Virus record (IMG/VR): IMGVR_UViG_3300031519_000184
Coordinates: 1-26,466 of that record
DNA from: a virus
Lineage: Duplodnaviria; Caudoviricetes
DNA: 26,466 nt
Direction: 5' to 3' (one strand)
Part shown: in pieces, positions 1-8,108 of the stretch
How the letters are laid out: every line of letters starts with the position of its first letter
Position numbering within the stretch: position 1 is the stretch's first letter
Made by a program: the position numbers and the translations under genes
Notes under the pieces: model-generated
Seen by the model: only the letters and a program-made list of their open reading frames with translations
Database searches by the model: none
Told to the model about the DNA's origin: nothing

Positions 1-31
1 TTCTCGAAGATTTATTGAAGGATAAAATTTA

Positions 32-205
32 ATGAGACATCTTATTGAAGAAACTGATATGGATATTGTTCTTGATGCTCTTGATTCTTTACATGAAGAC
101 ATGAGATGGAATAATAAGAATGGGAATAATGTCGCTCCTTATTCTTATAATTTAAAAGAAGTAGAAAGACTATACTATAGATTTACAAAGGATTTTGAAG
201 AATGA
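32..205 (+). CDS. hypothetical protein (57 aa, MRHLIEETDMDIVLDALDSL...)
   Basis: ATG at 32 overlaps the TAA of an upstream partial ORF; the stop overlaps the next start (ATGA at 202-205). Translated by eye; absent from the ORF track. Confidence 0.65.
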   Translation: MRHLIEETDMDIVLDALDSLHEDMRWNNKNGNNVAPYSYNLKEVERLYYRFTKDFEE

Positions 206-477
206 TTATATCCTTAGAAGCATGGGCTAAAGTAGAACCTAGCAAGGTTAGGTTTTTATTAATTAGCGATAATAATGAGATAGAACAGGATTATGAACAG
301 ACTGATAGTGAACCTCAATATATTAGTGGTGACGAATACTTAAAGTTAAATGAAGAAGAACAAAACAATTATATTTTAGAGTGTGCCAACGAAGTATTTT
401 CTCAAGCATTGCAAAGATTAGGTGGTGCTGTAGATGGAGAATTACGTTATAAATTTTTTAAAGAAGAGGGGGACTAA
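202..477 (+). CDS. hypothetical acidic phage protein
   Basis: ORF track; ATGA coupling with the upstream gene. Confidence 0.7.
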   Translation: MIISLEAWAKVEPSKVRFLLISDNNEIEQDYEQTDSEPQYISGDEYLKLNEEEQNNYILECANEVFSQALQRLGGAVDGELRYKFFKEEGD

Positions 478-479
478 TA

Positions 480-977
480 ATGGGTAGTGATATTTATACA
501 GAAAGTGCTGTAGCTGTTGAGATGGTAGACTTTCTTCGTAGGAATGCAATTAAAAAGAAAGCCTGTAGAGAATTAATTACAAACATCTTTTCACATAATA
601 ATTATATAGATAAAGACGCTGCTGCCAATATGATTAAAAGCAGAGATGGATTCATTGACACATTTATTGCTGAACTTAGTATGGAGCAAGGCGAATACTC
701 ATCTGGTTATGAAAATGATCGTGAACGTAATGCTATTATGATCAGAACATTTTGCGAACATACAGGTGTTGATGCTGATGATTTGCCTGAATGGAATATG
801 AGAATATTTGACAACAACAGAGAAACTGGTTATGATATAATGACTGATGTTCTATATATCATGTTTAATTCTTGTGATCTTTTTGAAACAAAGATGACTA
901 AATTAGGGCAAGAACTTGCCAAGACTTTAGAAATGGAATTTATTATTGAAACTACTTGGACTATACATTCTTATTAA
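480..977 (+). CDS. hypothetical phage protein
   Basis: 165-aa ORF with GAGGGGG SD-like sequence upstream; tightly packed. Confidence 0.75.
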   Translation: MGSDIYTESAVAVEMVDFLRRNAIKKKACRELITNIFSHNNYIDKDAAANMIKSRDGFIDTFIAELSMEQGEYSSGYENDRERNAIMIRTFCEHTGVDADDLPEWNMRIFDNNRETGYDIMTDVLYIMFNSCDLFETKMTKLGQELAKTLEMEFIIETTWTIHSY

Positions 978-988
978 TAGGAGATTAA

Positions 989-1186
989 ATGACAACAACT
1001 GCTAATTTTACTTCCGAAGTTTTTGCTTATATAGAGCAAAATTATAGTAAAGCATTGCTTAGACAAGTTAAGCAAAAGAAAAACAATCAAACTGTCGATA
1101 GAATATTGGCAGACTGTTTACAGAAACAATACGAAGTGAGTAGAACTGCTAATAAAATTATTGCTATGTTAAGGCTAAATCCATGA
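989..1186 (+). CDS. hypothetical protein, probable paralog of 1183..1434
   Basis: AGGAG SD upstream; shares an F-x2-[ED]-V-[FY]-x-Y-I-x3-Y pattern with the next ORF. Confidence 0.7.
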   Translation: MTTTANFTSEVFAYIEQNYSKALLRQVKQKKNNQTVDRILADCLQKQYEVSRTANKIIAMLRLNP

Positions 1187-1434
1187 ATGAAAAAAGAAAG
1201 AAAGAAATAAAAGCAGCAAAACTTAGAGCGATACAGCATTGTTTCTATATGGATGTTTATTCTTACATTGCCGCAGAATATACTCCAAGAACTGCTAGGC
1301 TTTTTACTAACAGTCCCATATCTGGTACTCTTGTTGATTTAATTAATGAGTATTACTGGGGAGGCAATACTATACCATTTGTAGCTGGGCAGATTGCAGA
1401 TTTATTAAAAAGTAAGTATAAGAAAAAGAAATGA
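1183..1434 (+). CDS. hypothetical protein, probable paralog of 989..1186
   Basis: ATGA overlap with the upstream ORF; shared motif. Confidence 0.7.
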   Translation: MNEKRKKEIKAAKLRAIQHCFYMDVYSYIAAEYTPRTARLFTNSPISGTLVDLINEYYWGGNTIPFVAGQIADLLKSKYKKKK

Positions 1435-1514
1435 CAGAATTTTTTATCTTTATAGTATTATTAATAGCAATAGAAGTAGTTGCACATCATTATTTTGATA
1501 GATATGACAGATAG
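1431..1514 (+). CDS. small membrane peptide (27 aa, MTEFFIFIVLLIAIEVVAHHYFDRYDR)
   Basis: ATGA overlap with the previous stop; one hydrophobic helix. Confidence 0.5.
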   Translation: MTEFFIFIVLLIAIEVVAHHYFDRYDR

Positions 1515-1532
1515 GTGTAAATAAAAGTATCA
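1511..1532 (+). promoter_or_regulatory. putative second-class (phage-type) promoter motif ATAGGTGTAA-N7-TATCA
   Basis: Same motif with identical spacing at 18361-18382; GGTGTA core also at 8391 and 18608, all at gene boundaries or intergenic. Confidence 0.45.
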
Positions 1533-2065
1533 TGCTATTTAAATCTCTCCATATCACAGGTTTTATTATGATACTTATAACTGTTTTTCGCACTTTATTT
1601 TATCAAATCTTTTTACTATTTATAGGAATATCAATCGGCTTTATTGTAAACGCAGAATGGGTTGGTTGGAAGTATCCTATCGTTCAAAATTCTATATGCA
1701 ATACATTTTACCCGATTGATTTTGAAGACGAAGGTGTTCTACAATGGCTTTATGGTCGCGGTAGATTAAAAATATTCGGAGTAATGGGTAAATATCGAGA
1801 TGTACAAATTATTGAAGAGGCGATGTGTGCAGAAGAATGGTACTGGGTCAAGTTTTCCTGCACAGATAAAAATGGAAATAAAATAATAAAGATAGAAAAT
1901 ATTAGAATCAGATGGAAACCTTGGGAGTATTATTATGAAGATGAAGCTAGGGTTCCAATGAGTACTGATGATGTGGAAAAATATCTAAAGGAAGGAACAC
2001 TAAATAGCCGAGATACTAATAGGGCTTTCAGACTCAGGGACGAGATGAGAGACATGGGAAAATAG
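1532..2065 (+). CDS. N-terminally membrane-anchored hypothetical protein
   Basis: Hydrophobic N-terminal segment followed by a soluble domain. Confidence 0.7.
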   Translation: MLFKSLHITGFIMILITVFRTLFYQIFLLFIGISIGFIVNAEWVGWKYPIVQNSICNTFYPIDFEDEGVLQWLYGRGRLKIFGVMGKYRDVQIIEEAMCAEEWYWVKFSCTDKNGNKIIKIENIRIRWKPWEYYYEDEARVPMSTDDVEKYLKEGTLNSRDTNRAFRLRDEMRDMGK

Positions 2066-2096
2066 TAAGACTAATATTTAAAAGAAAGGGAATGTT

Positions 2097-2378
2097 ATGA
2101 GGACATTTTTATTTTTAGCGGTTGCATTATGGGGTTCAATAGGTTATACTGGTGAGTGGGTAACAAGTGTACCTGTTGCACCACCAATGGCGGTAACAAC
2201 TCCCATTCCTGCTGTAACATATATAGTACCACAACCAACTTTAATTTATGGTTGGACTCCGTACTATTATAATGTGCCAGTTATTACAGAAAGACGTTGT
2301 TGGTTTTTAAGAAAAGAAAGACAGATTACTTACATACCACAGGTGCAATGGTATTATCAACCTTTGTATATTAGATAA
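2097..2378 (+). CDS. secreted Pro/Tyr/Val-rich hypothetical protein
   Basis: Signal-peptide-like N-terminus (MRTFLFLAVALWG); PV/PY-rich low-complexity body. Confidence 0.65.
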   Translation: MRTFLFLAVALWGSIGYTGEWVTSVPVAPPMAVTTPIPAVTYIVPQPTLIYGWTPYYYNVPVITERRCWFLRKERQITYIPQVQWYYQPLYIR

Positions 2379-2461
2379 TGGATATTGTAAATATTTTAGA
2401 AGTTACAATAGCAATCATATTAGGCAATTCTATAGTTAAAATGTTATGGAGAAGATTATGA
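2378..2461 (+). CDS. small membrane peptide (27 aa, MDIVNILEVTIAIILGNSIVKMLWRRL)
   Basis: TAATG overlap with the upstream stop; hydrophobic helix with basic C-terminus. Confidence 0.5.
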   Translation: MDIVNILEVTIAIILGNSIVKMLWRRL

Positions 2462-2574
2462 TAAATGAAGAGACAGTTGACAAAGATAATTCTTCTGATA
2501 CTATAAATATACCTGCACATCAACAAGAATTTACTTTTACTTATATTAATTCGGAGGATAATTTAAATGAATAG
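2458..2574 (+). CDS. small hypothetical protein (38 aa)
   Basis: ATGA overlap; fills the gap to the next gene. Confidence 0.35.
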   Translation: MINEETVDKDNSSDTINIPAHQQEFTFTYINSEDNLNE

Positions 2575-2779
2575 ATTCGCTAGAGCATTAAAGGCTAAAT
2601 ATCAGGCGCAAATTGAAGCATCTTTAGCAGTTTTGGATTTATATTTTAAGAACTCTGTAGGTGTTGGAGAACATCCAGATATTTTAGATGTTCTTGATGA
2701 ACAAATCGGAAAACTAGATACTGCCAGATCAAAATTAGTAGCTTTATCAGCACTGTTTCCAGAACCACCGGAAGAATAA
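2567..2779 (+). CDS. conserved small phage helical-hairpin protein
   Basis: GGAGG SD; N.VG[VI]GEHPDI motif that I recall from large aquatic myoviruses. Confidence 0.75.
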   Translation: MNRFARALKAKYQAQIEASLAVLDLYFKNSVGVGEHPDILDVLDEQIGKLDTARSKLVALSALFPEPPEE

Positions 2780-2782
2780 TTC

Positions 2783-2810
2783 TTGACAAAGACTTCGTTT
2801 GTGCTATACT
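2783..2810 (+). promoter_or_regulatory. sigma70-type promoter
   Basis: TTGACA-16 bp-TATACT with an extended TG; intergenic, followed by TTGGAGG SD. Confidence 0.6.
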
Positions 2811-2829
2811 TACTTTTGGAGGACTTGAT

Positions 2830-3168
2830 ATGATTAATAAGTATTTAAATTTTGTAGAAGAATGGTGTGAAATATTAGAGAGTAAAGCATTTGCTCGTCA
2901 GCATGGTAAATGGTCTAAAGAGAAACCGACTACATTCTTTCATTTTAAGATTAATAAGAAGTATACTAAGATTATCCAGACAGATCATGGTAATGATAGC
3001 GTACACGCATTTCTTGAAAATGAAACCCTAGATATTTACAAGGCAGCAACTTGGAACGCTCCTGCTAAAGATGCTAGATATAATCTGAAAAGAGATTTCA
3101 ACAGCATACTAGAAGTATGTGAGCCTAATGGTGGTTATTTATATAAGGGAAAGAAGGTCTATGTCTAG
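2830..3168 (+). CDS. conserved hypothetical phage protein
   Basis: SVHAF...DIYKAATWNAPAK.ARYNL motif that I recall from T4-like aquatic phages. Confidence 0.75.
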   Translation: MINKYLNFVEEWCEILESKAFARQHGKWSKEKPTTFFHFKINKKYTKIIQTDHGNDSVHAFLENETLDIYKAATWNAPAKDARYNLKRDFNSILEVCEPNGGYLYKGKKVYV

Positions 3169-3388
3169 GTTATCTGATAAAGATAGAGCAGAACTGTCTT
3201 ATCTCAATGTCAGAAATGACATAGAAGAGTTGGTCGATAGAGTTGGGTATGAAAATATATTAAAACATATGATAGATCATTTAGATCATATTGATGATAT
3301 TAATAATACTAAGAGCATGTACTTATTCCAAGTCATTTCCTCATTAGAAAAAGTGCTTGAAGTTTATCCAAGGTTAGATCATGTCTGA
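3161..3388 (+). CDS. hypothetical protein
   Basis: More likely start is ATG at 3161 (MSRLSDKD) after AGAAGG, rather than 3119. Confidence 0.7.
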   Translation: MSRLSDKDRAELSYLNVRNDIEELVDRVGYENILKHMIDHLDHIDDINNTKSMYLFQVISSLEKVLEVYPRLDHV

Positions 3389-3668
3389 AGAATATAAACA
3401 AATGAGTAAGAAGGATAAGCTACCTTTAAAGTATGCTTGTGTTCAGGCAGATATTAAACAACATATCTCTCAGGTACTTGATGGTATAGGTAATTCTCAT
3501 GAGATTAGAGGGCATATAGATGATCTTTATAAATTAATAGAGCATCAAATGCTTATGCAACTAAAACAAGAATCCCAGATGACTGCGATTAAACACTTGG
3601 AAACATGGAAAAGATATGACAAAAGTTTAGATAGCTATGATCCTGAAAGTAGAAGTTATAAGAAATGA
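3381..3668 (+). CDS. hypothetical protein
   Basis: ORF track; overlaps both neighbours. Confidence 0.7.
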   Translation: MSEEYKQMSKKDKLPLKYACVQADIKQHISQVLDGIGNSHEIRGHIDDLYKLIEHQMLMQLKQESQMTAIKHLETWKRYDKSLDSYDPESRSYKK

Positions 3669-3928
3669 ATTGGACTAATATAAAGAGGTGGGCTAAGGAT
3701 AAGGGATATAAAGTTGACAGAGAGAAATCTGGTGACGAAGCCAATCCTTATAATTATGAGTGGAAATTATTGGATGATCCTGCAAGACACGGTACTACAA
3801 ATAGCTTGAGTAAAATGGCTATGGCTATTTACAATGACATAACTGATAACAAACATTTAGCACATCAAGAAAGATATAGACAAGAACAAATACAGAAAGA
3901 AATAGATTATGAAAGATCATCTTGGTGA
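3665..3928 (+). CDS. hypothetical protein
   Basis: ORF track; ATGA coupling. Confidence 0.7.
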   Translation: MNWTNIKRWAKDKGYKVDREKSGDEANPYNYEWKLLDDPARHGTTNSLSKMAMAIYNDITDNKHLAHQERYRQEQIQKEIDYERSSW

Positions 3929-4079
3929 TGATAAGCCAATTAAAAAACAATCAATAACAATGACTACTATTTTTGGTAAAGCTATAGAAGCAGTTGTCGC
4001 TTATATTGTATTGTTTTTCTTTAGGCCAGTATGGGATAGATTAGTAAAGTGGTGGAATAAAAATGACAAAAATTCATAG
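3909..4079 (+). CDS. small membrane protein (56 aa)
   Basis: MKDHLGDD...AIEAVVAYIVLFFFRPVWDRLVKWW; one TM segment; fills the gap before thyX. Confidence 0.55.
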   Translation: MKDHLGDDKPIKKQSITMTTIFGKAIEAVVAYIVLFFFRPVWDRLVKWWNKNDKNS

Positions 4080-4719
4080 TGCTAAATTACTTAATGCTAC
4101 TCCAGATGCGGAAAAGAATGTAGCATATTGTGCCAGAGTGTCTAACCCAAACAATCAAGATAACAGTAGTATTGCCGGTTTACTTAGTTATTGTATTAAA
4201 CATAAGCACTGGTCTATCTTTGAGATGGCATTTATGACTGTTGAGATTAATACTAATAGAGGTATAGCTGCACAGATATTAAGACATAGAAGTTTTACCT
4301 TTCAAGAATTTAGCCAAAGATATGCAGACACAAATGATCTCGGCAACGATATACCATTACCAGATTTAAGATCGCAGGATCATAAGAACAGACAAAATAG
4401 TATAGATGATCTTGATGACGAGAAACAAGCAATGTATAACATGCAAATGAGAGAACTGTTTGCTAAATCAAAAGCATTATATGATAGTATGCTAGCAGAA
4501 GGTGTTGCAAAAGAATGTGCTAGATTTGTATTACCACTAGCAACTCCTACTAGATTATATATGAGTGGTAGTATTCGTAGTTGGATTCATTATATAGATT
4601 TAAGAAGTGCTAATGGTACTCAGAAAGAACATCAGGATATTGCTATAAGTTGTAAAGATATTTTCTGTAATCAATTTCCAATTATTTCGGTTGCATTAGG
4701 ATGGGCAAATGATAAATAA
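4063..4719 (+). CDS. thyX: flavin-dependent thymidylate synthase
   Basis: ThyX signature RHRSFTFQEFSQRY, plus HWSIFE, AKECARFVLP and RSWIHYIDLR...TQKEH. Confidence 0.97.
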   Translation: MTKIHSAKLLNATPDAEKNVAYCARVSNPNNQDNSSIAGLLSYCIKHKHWSIFEMAFMTVEINTNRGIAAQILRHRSFTFQEFSQRYADTNDLGNDIPLPDLRSQDHKNRQNSIDDLDDEKQAMYNMQMRELFAKSKALYDSMLAEGVAKECARFVLPLATPTRLYMSGSIRSWIHYIDLRSANGTQKEHQDIAISCKDIFCNQFPIISVALGWANDK

Positions 4720-4855
4720 TTTATTACATTTTTTAGGTTTGTGTCCATGTTCACATTCTCATTTTGATTTAATGGATGTGTTTCTAATATTTCCATTCCT
4801 ATTCTTTACCATAAAATCAGCAGCATATCACTTTGTGTCTTTCTTTAAAGTTTAG
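4709..4855 (+). CDS. small membrane protein (48 aa, HFLGLCPCSHSHFDL...)
   Basis: Overlaps the thyX end; His/Cys-rich N-terminus followed by a hydrophobic helix. Confidence 0.5.
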   Translation: MINNLLHFLGLCPCSHSHFDLMDVFLIFPFLFFTIKSAAYHFVSFFKV

Positions 4856-4856
4856 C

Positions 4857-4885
4857 TTGACAGTTGCCGATAGATATATTATAAT
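4857..4885 (+). promoter_or_regulatory. sigma70-type promoter with GCCGATA box (uvsE)
   Basis: TTGACA-17 bp-TATAAT, perfect consensus. Confidence 0.8.
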
Positions 4886-4906
4886 CATTTGGAAGAGGTA
4901 ACAATT

Positions 4907-5815
4907 ATGAAATTTGGACTATGCTGTATTTCTCTCGATCTTAAAGAACTAGGTTATAGCTTTCAAACTATGACTTACAAGCGTTTCTCATCACTTCCAC
5001 GCGAAGAGGCACTAGATATTCTAGGCTCTCGTATACTCAATAATATGCAGGTTACTCATGCCCACATTAGCTACTGTGCAGACAATGGTTATACTTATAG
5101 GATCAGTAGTGATCTATTTCCTCTTATTACCTATCGTCTTGCTAATATTACTCTTGCTGATGTTCCTCAATACAATGACATCGTTCAAGAAATAGCGGCA
5201 ATTAAACAAACTATAGAAGATACACAGGTTAGGGTATCTTGTCATCCTAGTGAGTTTAATGTTCTTGCATCCACTAATACTGATGCTGTTGACAGAACCA
5301 TTACAGAACTTAATTTTTACTCAGACTTCCTTGACAAACTAGGTTGTCCTGCCAATTATAATTGTCCGATGAATTTACATATAAACAATCGTCAGGGAAG
5401 TAACGATGAAGTTGTGGAAAGGTTTATACAGAATTTCAATAGACTTAGCTATAATTGTCGTAATCGTATTGTTATCGAAAACGATGATAAACTTAATTGC
5501 TGGTCTGTAAAACAACTATTAACAGATTTTTATCCTAAAACTAAAATACCAATTACGTTTGATTATCTGCATCACAAATGTCATCCAGATGGATGGACAG
5601 AACAACAAGCTATTAGATTTTGTTGTCTAACATGGGGCTATATAAAACCTTTGTTTCATTACAGCGAATCTGCACAGGGAAACAATCCACGCAAACATGC
5701 AGATTATGCAGAAAATGATTTCTATACTTATGAGGATTTAGACTACGATGTAGATATGGAATTAAAAATGAAAGACAAAGCAATCGCTAAATATATGGAA
5801 GGTGTATCAATATGA
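4907..5815 (+). CDS. uvsE: UV DNA damage endonuclease (UVDE)
   Basis: GLCC N-terminus, YRISSDLFP, RVSCHP, IVIENDDK, PITFDYLHH, PLFHYSES, RKHADY, DMELKMKD; start at ATG 4907 after GAGG. Confidence 0.95.
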   Translation: MKFGLCCISLDLKELGYSFQTMTYKRFSSLPREEALDILGSRILNNMQVTHAHISYCADNGYTYRISSDLFPLITYRLANITLADVPQYNDIVQEIAAIKQTIEDTQVRVSCHPSEFNVLASTNTDAVDRTITELNFYSDFLDKLGCPANYNCPMNLHINNRQGSNDEVVERFIQNFNRLSYNCRNRIVIENDDKLNCWSVKQLLTDFYPKTKIPITFDYLHHKCHPDGWTEQQAIRFCCLTWGYIKPLFHYSESAQGNNPRKHADYAENDFYTYEDLDYDVDMELKMKDKAIAKYMEGVSI

Positions 5816-5958
5816 GTGGATGGTTAATTGTATTAACAGGTGTGATATATTTATATGTAAGTATTGAACAAGTGTTAAAAGGTAATCCCGGTATGGGAAT
5901 TGCTTATTTTGGATATGCTTTCTCTAATATCGGATTATATCTATTAGCAACTAAATAG
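5812..5958 (+). CDS. small two-TM phage membrane protein (48 aa)
   Basis: MSGWLIVLTGVIYLYVSIEQVLKGNPGMGIAYFGYAFSNIGLY; ATGA overlap with uvsE. Confidence 0.7.
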   Translation: MSGWLIVLTGVIYLYVSIEQVLKGNPGMGIAYFGYAFSNIGLYLLATK

Positions 5959-5967
5959 GAGATAGTT

Positions 5968-6162
5968 ATGGAAGAACCACAAAAATTTTCTCTATCTACA
6001 GGACTACCAGTAGATAAAAATAAAGAAGTTAAACATTATCCTCTTGACAAGAATGAGGACAGTGCAGAACAAGCATTTCTTAATTTTATACAGAAGGCTA
6101 AAGAAAGTAAAAATAAATATAATCTTTGGCTAGAAGAAAAAGAATCTAAAGATTCTACTTGA
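5968..6162 (+). CDS. hypothetical protein
   Basis: AGGAG SD; ORF track. Confidence 0.65.
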   Translation: MEEPQKFSLSTGLPVDKNKEVKHYPLDKNEDSAEQAFLNFIQKAKESKNKYNLWLEEKESKDST

Positions 6163-6187
6163 CAACTGCCGATAAATATGATATACT
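6159..6187 (+). promoter_or_regulatory. sigma70-type promoter with GCCGATA box
   Basis: TTGACA-17 bp-TATACT. Confidence 0.75.
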
Positions 6188-6221
6188 GGTAGTATCAGTT
6201 TATTTCACAGGAGACTAGATT

Positions 6222-6626
6222 ATGCCTAAAGGTAAAAAGACTTGCGAGAAGTGTGGACACCAATGTGGCCCAAGAGCATACATGTGTTTAGAATGCCAAC
6301 ATCCTTTCATGTTTGCTGTTCAGAGCAAAGAAAGAAAAACCACTCGAATGATTAGGAAGTTCGATTGGAAAGAATTAGAAAAGGGTGATAGAATTAAAGC
6401 CACAGGAGGCCCATACTCTGTAGTAGATGGGGAGTTTATTCCTATGGGATGTAGAGGTAAGTTTACAGTAATCCATACTGATAAGAATGGAATTGTTGCT
6501 TACGGTTCAAAAGAAGGTGGATTCTGTCATATTTGGATGGGAGAAGATAAACAATGTGCCTTAACGGGAGTGTGGAGAACAAAACATAGGCTAGCTAAAC
6601 TACAACCTAAAAAGATTAAAGTGTGA
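6222..6626 (+). CDS. zinc-ribbon protein with a beta-rich C-terminal domain
   Basis: CEKC...CLEC N-terminal Zn ribbon; CAGGAG SD. Confidence 0.7.
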   Translation: MPKGKKTCEKCGHQCGPRAYMCLECQHPFMFAVQSKERKTTRMIRKFDWKELEKGDRIKATGGPYSVVDGEFIPMGCRGKFTVIHTDKNGIVAYGSKEGGFCHIWMGEDKQCALTGVWRTKHRLAKLQPKKIKV

Positions 6627-7009
6627 TAATGAAAAAAAATGAAGAATATATTATTACAGATACAGAAGAATTTGTACAGCTAATGAGAGATACTGCTGCG
6701 TCTAGTCTTGCCGAAGAATATCTAGGTAAGATTAAAACATATTCAGATAAAGATTTAGATGGCATTGTGACTTTAAATCAAGTAGAATCAATTATCTCTG
6801 AAAAAAGCATAGAGATTGATGAAGAATCAAAATATATTATTGATGCAGATATTTTTGAAGATATCTTTGATGAAGTAAGAAATCTTATATATCAATCAGC
6901 AATGTCTCAACTTGCCGCTAAAGGATACATAGAGTGTGCATGGGATGACAAAAAAAACAAAATGATTTTTTGGGTTGACAAAGAAAAGGATCAAACTTAT
7001 AATAAGTAA
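6623..7009 (+). CDS. hypothetical acidic protein
   Basis: ORF track; GTG/ATG starts near 6623-6629. Confidence 0.7.
   Translation: MIMKKNEEYIITDTEEFVQLMRDTAASSLAEEYLGKIKTYSDKDLDGIVTLNQVESIISEKSIEIDEESKYIIDADIFEDIFDEVRNLIYQSAMSQLAAKGYIECAWDDKKNKMIFWVDKEKDQTYNK
6975..7003 (+). promoter_or_regulatory. sigma70-type promoter
   Basis: TTGACA-17 bp-TATAAT, perfect consensus in the 3' end of the upstream gene. Confidence 0.7.
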
Positions 7010-7075
7010 GATTTTTGTTTAGTGGTGACAAGAATCTTTTGTTTTTAAGGATACCACAATTTAAAGAGGTGTTGA

Positions 7076-7288
7076 ATGACGAAGCAAGATAAGGTTTTGA
7101 ATTATCTAACTAGAGGTAAGACTCTTAGCCAAGATAGTGCTTTTAGTATGTTTGAGGTAGGTAATCTTCGTGCCACTATTAGTGACATCAAGCCTACTCT
7201 CAAAAAGAGTGGTCTTACAGTAGTTCGTTCTACTGGTAGACAGGGTGAGACTCGCTATGGTGCAACTGCTACCAAGAAGCGTAGGTAA
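7076..7288 (+). CDS. small winged-helix DNA-binding protein
   Basis: KVLNYLTRGKTLS...A...F.V.NLRATISDIK...G wHTH pattern; basic C-terminus; GAGG SD. Confidence 0.7.
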   Translation: MTKQDKVLNYLTRGKTLSQDSAFSMFEVGNLRATISDIKPTLKKSGLTVVRSTGRQGETRYGATATKKRR

Positions 7289-7365
7289 ATAAAGTATTTC
7301 GGTGGCCCAGTTAAAGCCATTTAGGGTGTGTCTAATATATTATTATTAAAAAGGATATAGATAGT

Positions 7366-7551
7366 ATGGCTTCCTATCCCACTGAAATTCATCCAGCTAC
7401 TTATGTGCTATGGTTTTTATTAATGGCGAGTATTGCTACTAATTTTGTTCAACAATCACAAATAAAAAGACTTGACAAACAATTAGCACCTGTTATAATT
7501 AGACAGAACATTGAAGTATTTACACAACCTTTAGAGGACAGAATAATATAA
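7366..7551 (+). CDS. small membrane protein
   Basis: One TM segment (YVLWFLLMASIATNFV); AAGGA SD. Confidence 0.6.
   Translation: MASYPTEIHPATYVLWFLLMASIATNFVQQSQIKRLDKQLAPVIIRQNIEVFTQPLEDRII
7472..7499 (+). promoter_or_regulatory. sigma70-type promoter upstream of the ncRNA and tmRNA
   Basis: TTGACA-16 bp-TATAAT with an extended TG. Confidence 0.6.
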
Positions 7552-7587
7552 TACAAAACATATAGTGGGGATAGCCTCCTTGCTATA

Positions 7588-7753
7588 GGATGGTGGCTGA
7601 AAATGTGGTAGCCAGTATGAGATCACAACAGCACACGAGGCTCAGGAGGACGGGCAAGTGCCATACAGTCTTGAGATAGTGGTTCAAAGTAGGGAAATCT
7701 GACATATCATACCCTGAAACTTTGGAGGTAATAAAATAAATCCTCCCCATCCA
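7588..7753 (+). ncRNA. candidate tRNA-like structured RNA of unknown class
   Basis: Terminal stem GGATGG(7588-93)/CCATCC(7747-52) plus A; D-like hairpin TGGCTG/TAGCCA; T-like stem GGAGG/CCTCC abutting the terminal stem; internal hairpins; no + strand ORF. Confidence 0.55.
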
Positions 7754-7765
7754 ATAATACAAACC

Positions 7766-8105
7766 GGGGGCGTACTGGTTTCGACAGGTGAATAGAAGTA
7801 TAGATCGCATCGACTGGTTGATCTAAAGGCCAGTTTAAAAATAGATCAGATTTTAATTGCCGATACTTCTGTATTAGCACTCGCCGCTTAGGTGAGAGGG
7901 GTTGTATAAACCTTTTTACCCAATTATGCTGACTCCGATAATCGGATAGGGTTGTCCTACCTGAATTAAGACGGTCGATTAGTGTATTCACTATGACGCA
8001 GGAAAGACTGATAGTTTTGTCTGTAGTATTAATAACAACAGAATAACGATGTAGAAGTTTATGTGGAATTTACACTGGACAGGGGTTCGACTCCCCTCGC
8101 CTCCA
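7766..8105 (+). ncRNA. ssrA: tmRNA (one-piece), tag peptide (A)ADTSVLALAA
   Basis: 5' GGGGGCGTACTGGTTTCGAC; 3' GGACAGGGGTTCGACTCCCCTCGCCTCCA. Acceptor stem GGGGGCG/CGCCTCC has the G3:U alanine determinant. Helix 2 CAGGTGAAT/ATTTACACTG and GCATCG/CGATGT. Tag ORF 7859-7891 ends ALAA-TAG. CCA not encoded. Confidence 0.95.
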
Positions 8106-8108
8106 CTT

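Noticed and set aside
5801-5806. GGTGTA at the end of uvsE as a second-class promoter
   Set aside because: It lies inside coding sequence, overlaps the SD of the next gene and lacks the AT-rich tail.
7588-7753. RNase P RNA, an intron-containing tRNA or a group I intron
   Set aside because: It lacks the RNase P GAGGAAAGUCC motif and the canonical TTCRA T loop, shows no anticodon arm, and is too short for a group I intron with no visible core.
7583-7991. Minus-strand ORFs 7583..7810 and 7707..7991
   Set aside because: They are antisense to the tmRNA and the candidate ncRNA, have no recognisable motifs, and oppose the uniform + strand layout.
8061-8108. N-terminal extension of ORF 8061..8390
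   Set aside because: It overlaps the tmRNA T arm and acceptor stem; ATG 8109 is the more plausible start.
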